DNA of 63,974 bases, filler included, from Ministeria vibrans ATCC 50519 (GCA_943704425.1; 7 parts of 7 records of this genome joined end to end with filler, not necessarily neighbours in it); one strand, 5' to 3'; shown: positions 49,798 through 63,711, counted from the whole stretch's first letter. Notes: generated from the letters alone by a model not told the origin. A program made the numbers and translations.

Positions 49798-50981
49798 ATG
49801 GAGACTCTTTTGGGAATTGTCGGCGACGGATTCGTTTTGTGTGCCTCTGATCAGACGGCAGCACGCAGCATTGTCGTGATGAAGACTGGTGAACATTTTT
49901 ATTTTTATTTTTTATATAAGAGAACATTCACGAGAACTGACTGTGTCTCACCCACTGCCTTTCTCGGCGCCTTTTCCTGTCCGTTCTACGCCCTCCTGCC
50001 TCCCCCCCACAGACGCCGACAAGATGTACCAGCTGGCGCCGCACATCCTGCAGCTGGCGTGCGGTGATTCGGGCGATGTGACTCACTTCAGCGAATTCAT
50101 TGACAAAAACGTCTCCCTCTACCACCTCCGCCATGGTAAGCGCACCGCCATCCTCCCACTACCTCCCCTCTATGTGTCTGGTCCAGCAACGTCCAGTTTG
50201 CTGTGCCAGGCTTGCTTGTGTGCCAGATTTTGTTTCAAAAGTGTTTTTTCCTGACAAAGAGAGCGAGAGAGAGTTAGATAGAATGTGTGTGTGTGCATAT
50301 GTATGTGTGTCTATGTGTGTGTGTCTGCGTATGGTGTCTGCCTGCGTGCGTGTGTCTGCGTATGTATGTGTGAGAGAGACACGGTTCATTTGGTTTTGGC
50401 TTTGTCATTTACGCTGTTGGTGTGTGCCTCTGTAGGAATCCCTCTCTCACCGAAAGCCGCTGCCAATTTTACGCGTGGCGAACTTGCGCGAATGCTTCGA
50501 AGTCGAGTACGTCAAACAGAGAGCAAGCAAGAGAGAGATAGATACATACATCGAAAGAGAGAGATACAGAGAGGCAGTTAAGGGGAGATAAAGAAGAACT
50601 GAAGATTCGTTTTTTTTTTGGCAGTCGGCGAAACAAGTGAATCTTCTTCAAGCGGGATTTGACGTGAAGAAGAACACTCCTCACCTCTACTGGATGGACC
50701 ATCTGTCAGCAATGGCAGACGTAAGACAACAATAATATGCGTGTGTGTGTTTTAAAAAGAGCTGGAGCTGTTTCATACTGTTGTTGTTTGTGTGTGTGAA
50801 GGTGAAATTTGGGGCTCATGGCTATGGAGCGTATTTCTGCTACTCACTGCTGGACCGACACTACAAGGAGGGGATGAATGTGGAACAGGCGCGTAAGGTC
50901 ATGCAGATGTGCATTGACGAAGTCCAAAAGCGCCTGATCATCAACACACCAAAGTTCAAATTGCGGTACAAAATCAAATCA

Positions 50982-51058
<77 letters not shown>

Positions 51059-51255
51059 TGTGTGTGTGTGTGTGTGTGTGAGTGAAAGGAGGGGGAAAGA
51101 AACAGACCGATCGAGAAGGAGAGAGAAGAAAAAGTAATATATTATAGAGAGAGAAGGAAACAGCGTTTGATTGGAAGATTTTTTCGAGAGTTTGTTTTAT
51201 TAACCTTATTGTTTGTAGTATTGTTGACAAGGACGGAATCCGCGAAATTGAGTGA
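49798..51255 (+). CDS. PSMB2: 20S proteasome subunit beta type-2 (beta4)
   Basis: METLLGIVG..ASDQTAARSIVVMK, LSPKAAANFTRGELA, AHGYGAYFCYSLLDRHY and IVDKDGIREIE*. Confidence 0.96.
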
Positions 51256-51314
51256 TTTAAACTTCATTTTCTTTACTACTGTGTACAATTTAACAACAAA
51301 ACAACGAAAAAGAT

Positions 51315-54098
51315 TTACTTTGAAAAGGAACTAAAATTGAGAGAAAAGAATCGATTGAAATCGAGTCGAAGCAATAATCGAGCAAGATGTGGAGCATTGT
51401 GGTGGGAACGGACGGTGGAAAGAAGTTGGAAGAGGAAGGTCGAGTGGAGGGTGAATTTCTAATGAGAATGCGACAGAGAGAATTTGTTAGATAAAAGAGA
51501 CATATTATTTATTAAAAGGAGCGAAGAGAGAGGGGAGAGGGAAAAAGACAAAGTAATGGAAAAAGAACAAAGTGACAGAGAAAAAAATTGATAGAGAGCA
51601 AGTAACAGAGAAGAATAATATTATTAATATACCTTTGTGAGGATTGCACAGTCTTGTTTTGCTGCAATTTGATTGATTTCCGTCTCACTCTCAGCATTTG
51701 AGACTGTCTCAGAGTGTTCTCGATATTTTCCACAAAACTGATGACACAGATTCAACAGCTATACATAGAAAATTAGAGTAAGGGATCATCGTGCAAAAGA
51801 TGGTGGCAACGGGAAGCCCTGTGCGTCGTAAGAGGGTGAGACACGTTTCAGGTCGNNNNNNNNNNNNNNNNNNNNNNNNNNNNNNNNNNNNNNNNNNNNN
51901 NNNNNNNNNNNNNNNNNNNNNNNNNNNNNNNNNNNNNNNNNNNNNNNNNNNNNNNNNNNNNNNNNNNNNNNNNNNNNNNNNNNNNNNNNNNNNNNNNNNN
52001 NNNNNNNNNNNNNNNNNNNNNNNNNNNNNNNNNNNNNNNNNNGAAACAAAGTGATAGAGAGAAACAAAGTGATAGAGAGAAACAAAGTGATAGAGAGAAA
52101 CAAAGTGATAGAGAGAAACAAAGTGATAGAGAGAAACAAAGTGATAGAGAGAGAGAGAGAAGGTGCAAATATACCGTGAGCTTTTAAAATGAGTTCAAAG
52201 TCAGTCGTTTGGGTGATTTTGGAAGAGAGAGCATTGAATTGGGACTGGAGGACATCGACCATAAGATAATATTGCAGGTTGGAGATGAGAAAGAGCATGT
52301 GAGAGCGAAGGGTCCACCAGGGGTTCTAAAGAGGGAGAAGGAGGGGTTAGTCGTGGAGAAGAGGTGTTGTGGGTGAGGAAGAAGAAGGGAGTAAGGGTTA
52401 GGCAGAAGTTATGTGTGTGTATGTGTATTTAGAGATGTTGTATGTGGTGAAATGGATCGAGTGGTGTGAAAAAAGTCGGTGAGATGAAGAAGGGGGAGGG
52501 TGTTGGTATGATGCTATGAAAGGGGGTTTGCCCATTTTGAATCACACTGTGCTGCTTACGATTCCTGTGCGGTCGGAGGGCAGTGGCTTGCGCATTCGAC
52601 AGTGCCAGAGGGAATGGAGGTTTGTATGGGCACGTTTGATGGCAATGAGAAAGGTAAAGAGCCGCGAGTAGGAGGCGAGGAGGGGCGGTGTGAAGAAGAG
52701 ATCAAGCGGAGGAGCAACGGAGAAGGACATTCCAAGTAAGGGCCAAAGGGTCTTGTGTGTATCGGGCGCAGCACACTCTTGGGGAGTGTCGTCGTCGCTC
52801 GAGTGGATGGTCAGATGGAAGCGACTGAAGTACTCCTGGTCATCGGCATTCGTGTCTACCGTACTGTCATTATCATCAGAGATTGTCGTCGTGGATGATA
52901 TTGAGGTGCCTTCGGGGCGCACAAGGAAGGATGCGGCGCGTTGAAAGGCGGCATTGATATTGCGCTCGACGGAGGCCAGACGTGCACTCAGGCTCTGGGT
53001 TGCACCACTGCTGCTACTGGTTGGGAGGGATCCCATGATGGTACTGGCTTGCTCGATAAAGGCACTAAAGAGCTCACCACGCGCAAGAAGGAAGAAGTCG
53101 CGAGCGGCATTGAGATGGGCCATGAGATGGGCATCGTGCACTACAAGATGATGCAGGTGAGCTGCGACGGCCGTGCGCATGTCGTCGACAGCATGCTCTA
53201 CGTCACTGGCGTGGTACACGGCCTGTCGCTGGAGTGTAGCAAATCGCTTAAGAAACACCGCCTGTTGTGCCGGAGGGATTGCTGTGGTGTGTCGGGCGCT
53301 CTTTCGTTGTGAAAGAGTGTGGACGGCCTTGCCAACAAAAAGGACCTTTCGAGCGACACGCAAAGGCACATGGGATGGAAGTTGTTCAACGTCAATGTCA
53401 AAGTCGTGCCAACTGTGACCAGAACGCTTGGGCGCGGAACTGCTGTCGTCGACATCAGCGCTGCTCACGTCGTCAAGGGGATCGTTGGTGTCGCCAGCAC
53501 GCTGGACAAAAAGGTCCTGTGCAAAGCAGGGCAGAGAGCCTTCAAGCATCCAAGCGGCCATATGACGGTAGAGAACGACATGAAGAGCGGCACAGATGCG
53601 TTCGAGTGCGGAGCGAACGGACGGGACACCACAGGCAACGGTCTGACGGTACACTGTGTCCAGTAAGCGACAGCCGCGCACTTCGGTGTCCTCGGCGTTC
53701 TCCAGCACACTCCAACAGAGCGCCTCAAGGGCCGGAAGGAGCAGCTGCTGCTCGACAAGGGCAACGCGCACGGCTGCGAGACTGTTGATCTTGTTGGATG
53801 CAATGGACGATTCCGTCTCGACAATGACACGGCGGTAGGCGTCGAGTTCGTCGTCGACGGCCAGCGCCATCGCAGCACTGTGGGTGTCGCTCACGTTGCG
53901 TGCCCGCAGCGCCCCGAGTGCTTCGAGGATTCTCGCGTAGGCGGATCCCAACGGAAGGAGTTCGGCCAGTAACGACGTTTCGCTGGCGTGCAGCGTCCCC
54001 TGCAGCACGCCGCTCACACGCAGTCGTCGCTGTGTCTTGTCCCACACAAACACATCGCCTGCGTGGCCCACAAGCGCATATAAAAGTTCGTTGAGCAT
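51315..54098 (-). CDS. TUBGCP4: Gamma-tubulin complex component 4
   Basis: MLNELLYALVG, RKVLFVGKAV, DFFLLARGELFSAFI, NLQYYLMVDVLQSQF and HLARLLLRLDFNRFFS. Confidence 0.93.
52043..52160. repeat. 18-bp tandem repeat (GAAACAAAGTGATAGAGA)n in TUBGCP4 intron
   Basis: About six perfect copies next to an assembly gap. Confidence 0.92.
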
Positions 54099-54318
54099 CG
54101 TAACGGCTGGTCGTTTGAAACGCGCGCGAAAATAGTAATAATAATAGTGAGTGAGATTTATATCATAATAGTTATAATGCGAATAGTGTAGTGTGTAAAT
54201 AGTTGTGAAATTTGAATGAATTTCTGATGATGACTAAAAGGGCGGCATATCAAGCAATCAATCGACATGACGACGTGATTTATTATTATTATTTTTATTA
54301 TTATTTTCTTTTTTTTAA

Positions 54319-55532
54319 TTAGAACGACATTGATTTCCTGATGGCGTCGCACACACGAATATGATCCGGCAAGTAAAACTTCTCGTAGATGAGGGGAAAG
54401 GGGGTGTCGTAGCCAGTAACGCGTTGAATGGGGCTCTCCAGATGCAGGAAACATTGCTCCTGTACCACACTGGAGATTTCGGCGCCAAAGCCACTGGTCT
54501 GAGGGGCTTCGTGGGAGATAATCAGACGGCCCGTCTTGCGCACTGAGTCACAGACTGTCTGACGGTCCCACGGCAGAATGGTCTGCAGATCAATCACTTC
54601 ACATGAAATTTGTTCAGTCTCCTATAAAAAAAGAAAAGGGAGGAAGCAAAATGATATGGAGAGAAAAAAAACAAAGTGATAAAGAGAGCGTGTGTGGGTG
54701 TGCGTGTCAGTTAAGACAAAGACAGGGGGAATTCTGACTTGGAGTGTTTTGGCGGCCTTGAGGAGTACATGGACCTGAGTGCCATAGCCAACAAGAGTGC
54801 AATCCGTTCCTACTCAGTAAGAGGATCAGTTTCTCCATCGGTGTCCCTCTTTCACACAAAGAAAAAACACAAACCTTGTTTGAGCACTGTTGCTTTGCTC
54901 AACTCAATTTCATAGTCGGCCAAGGGCACCTCTTCCTTGGTCTCAAAGTACATGCTCTTAGGTTCAAGGAAAATGACGGGGTTGGGGTCGCGCAAGGATG
55001 CCAAAAGAAGACCCTTGGCAGTGATGGGCGAGCGGGGCATAACAACCTATTCAATGCATACCACATTAGTGAAGACACAACGATGTGTTTTTTTTTACTT
55101 TGAGGCCTGGAACGTGTGTGAAGAAGGCTTCGGGAGACTGTGAGTGGTAGAGTGCGCCATGACCAATGGCACCGCAGGGCGAGCGGAAGGTGAGTGCGCC
55201 GCAGTCAAACTGGTTTCCGCTGCGATAGCGGTACTTGGCGGCTTCATTGACAATTTGATCAAAGGCCGGGAAGATGTAGTCGGCAAACTGGATTTCAGCG
55301 AGAGCCGTGTGGCCCGCCGCCGCCACACCAATGGCAAAGCCGGCAATACCCTGCTCACACAGCGGCGTGTTGAACACGCGATCGCTGCCGTGCTTCTCCT
55401 TGAGGTCCACCGAGCAGCGGAACACCCCGCCAAACGCCACATCCTCGCCAAACAGAAGCATGTTGGGGTCGCGGGACAGAGCCACGTCGCTGGCGTTGCA
55501 GATGGCCGCAGACATGTTCATTATTTCGGTGG
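54319..55532 (-). CDS. BCKDHB: Branched-chain alpha-keto acid dehydrogenase E1 beta; transit-peptide exon(s) unresolved upstream
   Basis: [69 protein letters not shown] and [10 protein letters not shown]. Confidence 0.97.
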
Positions 55533-55572
55533 CTGAGGGAGAGGGCAGAGAACCAAAGGATAGAGAGAGAGA

Positions 55573-55657
<85 letters not shown>

Positions 55658-56520
55658 AGTGATAGAGAGAGAGAAACAAAGTGATAGAGAGAGAGAAACA
55701 AAGTGATAGAGAGAGAGAAACAAATAGAGAGAGAGAGAAACGAGTTTTAGCATTAGCGCCTGCTCGTACACGAAGCACATTGCGACACACAGACCACCAG
55801 CTGGGCTACATAGTACACATCCCAAGAAAAAAAAAAGGAAAAGAAAAAAAAGCAAACGNNNNNNNNNNNNNNNNNNNNNNNNNNNNNNNNNNNNNTTGTA
55901 TAGCAGCTTCATAGCAGCTGTGTGAAAGCTGTGTACCTTTCTTATGAAAACGCAGAAGAAGCAGGCCAGCTGCAAGGCGAGTTGAGCGGAATGATGGATC
56001 GTGCCGATCAGGGGCGCTTGCAGGCGAGCCCGGTGCACGGGAGGGTCAGTGGAAGGCAGGGGCGGCGAGCGAATTTCCAGTCCATTGAGACGCACTCAAT
56101 GGGAGCCCTTAGAAGCGCTTATAACGCAGGGGGGTGGCGGTACCTTCGCCAGCAAGCGAGGGCACGACGTCGGCTGGCGTCTGCGCGATAAACTCAAAGT
56201 GGTTTGCTCTGGCAGTAGTGTGCAACGATGACACGCCGAGTAGTCTTCTGAGCGCCTGACGGCTTCCACCGAGGAGCATTGCAGTGTTGAGATGCTGGGG
56301 GAGGTGGCTACGAAAAGAAAAGTAGAGAAAGTGATATTGTTGTTGACATGTTGGTCAGTCTCACTCAGTCTCAATCAAACTTATATCACTTCCTCATATT
56401 GATCACTGCAACATTGACAATTTTCTTGCGTCTCGTTACTTCTCGTTCAGTTCTCTTAATCGCTTTTGTCAGAATACCTTCAACCCTTTGAGGATACGTG
56501 CGACACTGGAGTGCATCAAT

Positions 56521-58619
56521 ATGAAGCAGGCGTTGGTGATTTGCTGTTTCAGTTTCTGTCTCTCGTTCGTTAGCGCTCTTGCGCCCTTTCCTATTCCGCT
56601 TAACACTGATCCACGTAAGATACAATCATACAGACATGTTGCAGTGGGTTGGAGGGAAGCGGTTGCTTGTTTGAGTGTTGTAGCTCTTAATGCTCTTATC
56701 ATAAAGAAATCATAAAACTCCATTACATAAAGGGTGTTGTTATTCACTCATGCCCCTCCTTCTCACTTCTGAGTCCTTCATCAATTCAATCATCAATATG
56801 AACATCTATGGTTTTCTTCTTGTGTGGGGGTTACTTCACTCGAGAGATCCACTTGAACGAATAAATTATTAAATTACAATCATGACGTATCAAAGTTAAC
56901 ACGCGCGACTACATTTCTCTCCTGCCTTGCATTCTCCCTTGCAGTGGTCAATGTGACTGCCCAGGTTGTGTTCCAAGGCAACGGAATGCACGGAATTGTG
57001 TCGTTCTATCAAGCGAATGAGTCATCGCCCGTTATCATCTCATCCAACTTTCGAGGCCTCCCCAGCGCAAACCACCTCCTTGTGGCAACCGTACGCAGCA
57101 CCAATGTGGTATGCCCCCTTCGCAATATGGATCCGTTCACTCCGTAAGCGAAAATTGTCGAATCTCTATTCACACAAGTGATCATTCATCATTGATCAAT
57201 TTCAAAAATTTTCATTTTCACAGATGGATCATGAACACGACGTTCCCCTGCTCTCCGTCGTTCCCGCAAGGGTGCCCTCAGGGTGACATTGGCGGCAAGT
57301 TTGGTTCGCTTCCCAATGCGCCGGCCGTCTTTGTCGACGAGAACGCCAGTCTGATTGGCGCCAACTCTCTGATTGGACACGGCGCGTTCATCTACACAGA
57401 CCAAAACGGCATCAAGCATCCATACCTGTGCTCCAACATCATCATGACGTCGACGCCGCGCATGAAGTACGCCGTTGCCAAATTCCCCGCGCAATCGGTC
57501 CTTCAGGGCCAGTTTGTCTTCCAGCAGCCGTTGGGCTTCGCGCACGCACAGACGCTCATGCAGGTCACCGCGCTGTTCAACACCAACCTCAACATCTCGG
57601 CGCCGTACGACAGCACCACCCGCTTCCACTGGACTATCCACCTCCGGCCCGTCGAGGAAGGCGACAGCATTGCCACGACACCCAACGAGGAGCGCTGTCT
57701 CAGCACCAGCGGCCTCTTCTCGCCCTTTCTGCAGCGCCTTGAGGACACCAAGGACGCCGAGGAAGCGCGTCGGCTGTGCCGTCTTGCCAATCTGTACGGG
57801 ACAACAGCTCTATCGAGATCCTCACACACCATTGTCTGTTTTTGGGAATAGGGATAATGACATTTGCTCGGAGTCTCTGCGCAATTTCACTATGCAGCAC
57901 TACTACGTTCGTGTACCGGAGAGAAATACTATCACCGATCCTTTTATCAGTCTTCAGGGAAATCATTCGGTGGTGGGACGCTCTATTGCCATCGAGGCGG
58001 AGGACAACACACCCTGGACCCTTGCGTGTGCTACCGTTGAGGAAGTACCAATACCTTACATCGAGACGCCCTTCTACCACAACGGTGTGAGTGGCACGGT
58101 GCGCTTTGAACAGTGGGACGAATGGTCGCCCACCTTTATCACCGTCAACGTCGATGGCGCAGCGGGAGCGCCCAACCCCTGGGCCATCCACGACTTTCCC
58201 GTGCCCGTGGACGCATCGTGCGACAATCCTTCTGTGGGTGGGGTGTACTCGCCGCTGCCTGTCAACATGACGGTGTACAATGAGATGTGCACGCCCACGT
58301 CGGACTTCAAGTTCACCGCCTGTAAGCTTGGCGACTTGTCGGGTCGCTGGGGCGATCTTCCCGCCACGGCAAACAATTTGGAGTTTCTCGACTTCAACAC
58401 TCCATTGTATGGCCCGTACAACATTGTTGGGCGCTCTGTTGTGTTGAAGAAATCAAGTGGAACAGAGGCGAGGACACGCGTTGCGTGTGCCTCGGCTGCG
58501 TCGCCTCCCATTGGGGCCAACGTGTTTGAGTTTGTGACGTCGCAGGCAGTCTTTGACTCGTCGACACTTGCCGGCACGCTCACGTTCCGTCAGAGCACCA
58601 ACTCGTCGATTACTGGCGT
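56521..58619 (+). CDS. Secreted Cu-only-SOD repeat protein (CSRP-like), 3'-truncated
   Basis: Signal exon MKQALVICCFSFCLSFVSA (56521-56614) splices to 56945. At least three SOD-fold repeats: GxVxFxQ, CPQGDIGGKFG, CKLGDLSGRWG, SVVGRSIAI, IVGRSVVL..RVACA. Confidence 0.85.
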
Positions 58620-58719
58620 NNNNNNNNNNNNNNNNNNNNNNNNNNNNNNNNNNNNNNNNNNNNTTAATTAATTAANNNNNNNNNNNNNNNNNNNNNNNNN
58701 NNNNNNNNNNNNNNNNNNN

Positions 58720-61700
58720 ACGGATGATGGAACGCTGGGCGACGATAGCGAAGGATCCATTGAGCAGCAGCTTCGATGGACCCTTCGCATTCTTCTGGCA
58801 CAGTTCCCACGCGCGCTCGTCGAGGGCCTTGTGCACCATGTCGATGGTAATGGCGCATTTGCGACAACCTACCAACTTCATCACGACGCGGACACTGGCG
58901 CCCCAGTTCGCCTTGTACGACATGCAGCGCTGCATGACCACCCCCAACGACTTCGTGCTGCTCGTGAGGCGAGTCCACGCTACTACCATCGCGCGTATCT
59001 GTCGCATCACGCCGTCTTTGACATTCCCCCGCCAGGACACAAACTTCACAGCGGCCAGAGCCAGGCGCCCTTCCTCACCGCCCGCGTCCGCGACGTCCAC
59101 ATGCAGCCACTCTTTGATGTGCCTGGTACCACGTACGGCGGCACTGAATCCCGCCTCGACGAGCACAATGCGCAGCAAGACACTCCGCTTGACACCTTTG
59201 TCGACGCCTCCGTCACCCCGCCCGACATGATGGTCGTCGCCACAGACACCGTTTTTACCTACACAGGAGAGCGTCTCGTGCCGGCACATGACCCTGCGCA
59301 CTCCTCCCAGCGCCGCAGTACGCTGCACCAGTCAACCAGCACACTCCCTCTGCTTCCCACCACCGGCCTTACCGTCGACAATTGCTCCTTGCTCCGCCAC
59401 GCAACGGACGCGAGTCATCGGACTTCTGGTGTGCCCCATACGCATCGACTTGCTCGCCGCGTCAGTGGTGTCACACACGAGCATCACCACATTGACAAGG
59501 CCGAGGCGTGGTCTATTCTCACGGCCGAGCGGGTGAGTCCCCAAGTCGACGTGGCCGCCGTGCCTCTTGCGCGTTTGTACGAGTTTCTTACCGATGTCCC
59601 TGAGAGCGCCCTTGAGTTCTTCCACACTCTTTTTCCCAACGGTGTTGGCTACCCTGACGCTACCTTGGTCGATGTCTTGGCTGCCCCCAACGACACGACC
59701 ATCCCCCTCGCAGTGCGAGTGCAGGGTCGCTTCATCAACTTGTGGGCGGGAGTCGGCTCGCCCCTCGCCCAGTCTACGCTTCTCTCGCTTCTCGACACCG
59801 TTCCGCCTGCTTGGGAATTCTACTTCAACGACCTCTTCTTTAGTCGTTTGCGCAATCCGTCAACGCAGGTGATGGAAACACTCATCAAGCGGACCCGTGC
59901 TGCCGTTCTGGACCGCCAATACAACGGCACCGGCCTGCTCCAATCCGAGCGCATGCCTCTTGACCATACGGGTCACCCGGGGGCCGTCATGGCAACGCGT
60001 CTTGCTGCTCTTGGACACCTTTTGGGTGTGTATGCCGTGCATCCCGACTCGGACAACGACCTTCGCCGCGCGACACTCGTCGCCGAAACACTAGCTTGGC
60101 TACACTCCATTGCCATCGATGACGACTCTTTCTTCGATCTTCATCTTCTCTGCTCGTCGCTCAATGCCATCGGCAATGCCTTTCTCAACGAGTCTCTGCC
60201 TCTGCTCATAGACCACTCGCAGCGTCGCCCCAGTGCCATGCTTGATCCTGTGGATGCTGTCCAGCTGCGCCACACGGCGTCTCTTTCGCTGCGCAACTAC
60301 CCCCAGGCTCAGGACCACCTCACTGACATTGCGACAAACCGTATCTTGCCATCTACCGACCGTCTCGGCGCACTAAGCGCCCTCATGCACCAACCGTTGC
60401 TGTCAAAGTCTACGTGGAACCGCCTCTCTGGCATCGAAAGTGAGGCGCCCCTCGATGCTCACGAAGTGCATCAGCGCGACCGCCACCTGTATGCTCGCGA
60501 CGCAGTCTCCGAGCTTCTCCATTACGAAGAAGCCAAGGAGGACAGCACAGACTCCGCGACCGATGCTGACACCTCTACGCAGGAACAAGACTATGTCCGC
60601 GGTTACGCCGGCATGGTGCTGGACCGCTTCAACAACCAGCACGGCCGCCGCCCATCCACACCGCACGCAAAACACTCGCGTAACACACGTCCCACTTTCG
60701 ACGCTGCCAAGTTGGTAAAGGAACAAGACCGCTTTGTTCGCTCCATAGTACACTCGGCAAACCAAGAGTACGCTGACAAGTTGCGTCGCCGCAATGTCTT
60801 TGACGATATCGTTGGGGGTGCCAAGGATGCCACTGACGCGGTGTTTGACGAGCTTGGCAAGGCCACCAAAGAACAGTGCGGCCTCCTCGAGTTCTTTTAT
60901 CCCATCGACTTTAGTTGGAAGAAGTTTGAGGGATCAAGTGACGCAAACATTGAGTCGCGTGTCATTATCAGCAACAGTGTCACTTTTCGTCTTCGTGGAA
61001 TGCAGGTAGGATAGAACCGCCCAAAAACAATGAACAATGATGATTGAAGACGTTAGAATATCGCATACCTTAACACACTTTTTTTGCGTAGGAATTCTCA
61101 CTTCGCATCTTCATGTTCGATGAAGCGTACTTGGCAGCCAAATTCTTCTTTCTCAATCGCATCTTTTTGCATCTGAAAATTGATATTGACTTTCGGGCGG
61201 CATGGAAGCTGGAAGAAGCCAACGCAGTAAGGAAAACCGCAAAAATCTCTCAGTCGAGAGAGATCAATTGGTGCATTTTTAATAACTTTATTAATTTCGT
61301 TTTCGGCTTTAATTTAGGTGTCGCCTCAACTCCAAACGTGTACTTCGTGGGAGAGCTTTGAAATAAAGCGAGGTCTGTCGTGGAACGCAGCGTCGCGTCA
61401 TCCCAACACCTGTCCGTGCTCCCTGCCCCCCAACCCATTTGCAAAGACTCGCACTTTGGATGACCTTGTTCCGTCGACTCCACCTTCGGCAAAGTGGCGC
61501 AATGTACTTGGTCCTCTGCGGCCGGAGGGCGCCGACCACTGCATCATATCTGTGCCCATTGCTCTTGGTGGTGGTACGCTCACCACAGCGCGCAATAAAC
61601 CGGGGCGCATGTGCTGCTACCGTCATTTCAGCACCCTTGACGATACGGCCGTGCGCGATGTGTTCTATCTGATCAAGAGCGGTCCATCTGCCGGCTATGA

Positions 61701-62321
61701 CCATCTGCAGACACCATACTCAGACGACCTGGACGAGTCTTACACCCACAAGCGTGTAGATCTGGACGCACGTGAAGCTTGTCTTCTCGACGGCAACCTC
61801 GCTACGTTTTACCGCCATCGACCAGTCAATGGTGCCGACACATGTGCCAGCGTGTGCGGCACCGACCTGCATGGCAACGCCGTGTGCAACAGTGACCTTT
61901 TTTCGACCACTCCCATTGCAGGTGTCAAGCACCCTTTTACGAAGCGCTCTATCATCAGCAATACCTTGTCACTACTGCGCGAGCGTGCCGGCAGCATGAA
62001 GACCGCTATTGTCAAAACTGACAACTTTGGCTACCAGCATCGCATTCCCAGCGACAAAAAGTCGCTGCGCAATTACCCGATTGACTCCACTCTCACCTAT
62101 GCCGAGGGCCGTCTTCTTCTCATTGCAGATACCATGGCCATTGAAAACGTAAGCATCACATGCGTGTGTATGTGTGTGTGTGTGTGTGTGTGTGCATGTG
62201 TGTGATACTTTTCTCAAAATACTGTTTCTAACAAATTTCATAATTATAGTGCATCAACGAAGCGATTCCTGCTTCAGTCGAAATCAACAACAATCAGTTT
62301 GGTGCTCTTGTGTCGTTTGCA
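58720..62321 (+). CDS. Large protein fragment with vitellogenin-N / large-lipid-transfer-like helical domain and Cys-rich region (both ends truncated)
   Basis: Open frame 58720-61005 plus three further exons. Motifs HVDGNGAFATTY, AGVGSPLAQSTLL, LAALGHL, LNAIGNA..SLPLL and LRHTASLSLRNY, with an RRR site before a beta-rich region. Confidence 0.6.
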
Positions 62322-62460
62322 NNNNNNNNNNNNNNNNNNNNNNNNNNNNNNNNNNNNNNNNNNNNTTAATTAATTAANNNNNNNNNNNNNNNNNNNNNNN
62401 NNNNNNNNNNNNNNNNNNNNNTTTTTTTTCTCTCTCTCTCTCTCTCTTCTGTTTGTCTAG

Positions 62461-63129
62461 GCATCCGGTATCGCAGTCGCTGACGAGGTCGTCGAAATCT
62501 TCAACGGAATGAAGGTACATAGCCCGAACGCGACGATTCGTGGCGCGAGTCGCTCGCGAGAGAGCACCAACTGAAAAAAAAACATCGTTGATTGTTAGAT
62601 TGGACACAAGACTCAGTTCGCTATCTTCAAGATCAACGACTCCAAGGACACCATTGTCACCGATGCCCAGGGTATGCTGCCTCCCTCCCTCTCTCCTTGT
62701 GTTTGTGTTTGTGTGTGTGTGTGTGTGTCAGCCTCTTTCTCTCTCTCTCTCCATCACTTTGTTTTTCTCTCTCTCCATCACTTTGTTTTTCTCTCTCTCC
62801 ATCACTTTGTTTTTCTCTCTCTCCATCACTTTTGTTTCTCTCTCTCTCGATCACTCTCTCTCAAACTCTCAAACTCTCTCTCTAAATCGTACATGTTTGT
62901 GTAGGTGCCCCCGGTGCCTCGTACGACGAGTTCATCGCCCACTTCAAGGCTGGTACGCTGGCGACCGATTACTCTCATCTCTCCTAATCTCTTTGTTCTC
63001 TCTCTCCTTCCTTCTATCATTTTGTTTCTCTTTTTCTTTTTTTTCTTTCTTTCTCTCTCCCTCCTTCCTCTCTCTCTATTTGTTCTCTCTCTCTCAAACT
63101 CTCAAACTCTCTCTATCACTTTGTTTCTT

Positions 63130-63223
<94 letters not shown>

Positions 63224-63711
63224 CTTTTCCGTTGTTGATCTACGCTGTTGACAGACAACTGCCGCTACGGCGTAAGTTTTTAATTTTTCATTATCTTGTT
63301 TCTTGTACTCAAGCTTTTTGATTCTTCTCTCTTTCTACAGCTCTTCGATGTTGAGTACGAGAAGGACGGTGGCAAGCGCAACAAGCTTGTCTTCTTCACC
63401 TGGTGCTCGGACCAGTGCAGTATTAAGGAGAAGATGATCTACTCCTCGAGCAAGGTACAAAACACAACCTAATCACCGTCGAGCTCGACTGTTTGTCTCA
63501 TTCTCTGTAATTCTTTGTTGTTGCTATTCAGGATGCGCTCAAGAAGAAGTTCAACGGACGTAAGCACTTTCCTTAGCAGACGTTGTCTCATCCACTTACT
63601 CAATGTTTCTTTTTTTTTTTTTGACGCATAGTCGGTGCTGAGGTCCAGGCCACCAGCCCCGATGAGATCGACTTCGACGAGGTCCTCTCCAAGTTTGCCA
63701 AGTCTGCCTAA
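62461..63711 (+). CDS. Cofilin / actin-depolymerizing factor (ATG exon missing)
   Basis: ASGIAVADE..FAIFKIND..CRYG|LFDVEY..RNKLVFFTWC..IKEKMIYSSSK|DALKKKFNG..VQAT. It begins right after the conserved post-ATG intron. Confidence 0.96.

Noticed and set aside
57790-57851. Apparent frameshift between two SOD-repeat ORFs
   Set aside because: Explained by a GTACGG..AATAG intron.
58560-58830. Fusion of the SOD-repeat protein with the vitellogenin-like protein
   Set aside because: The two are separated by an artificial linker, so continuity cannot be supported.
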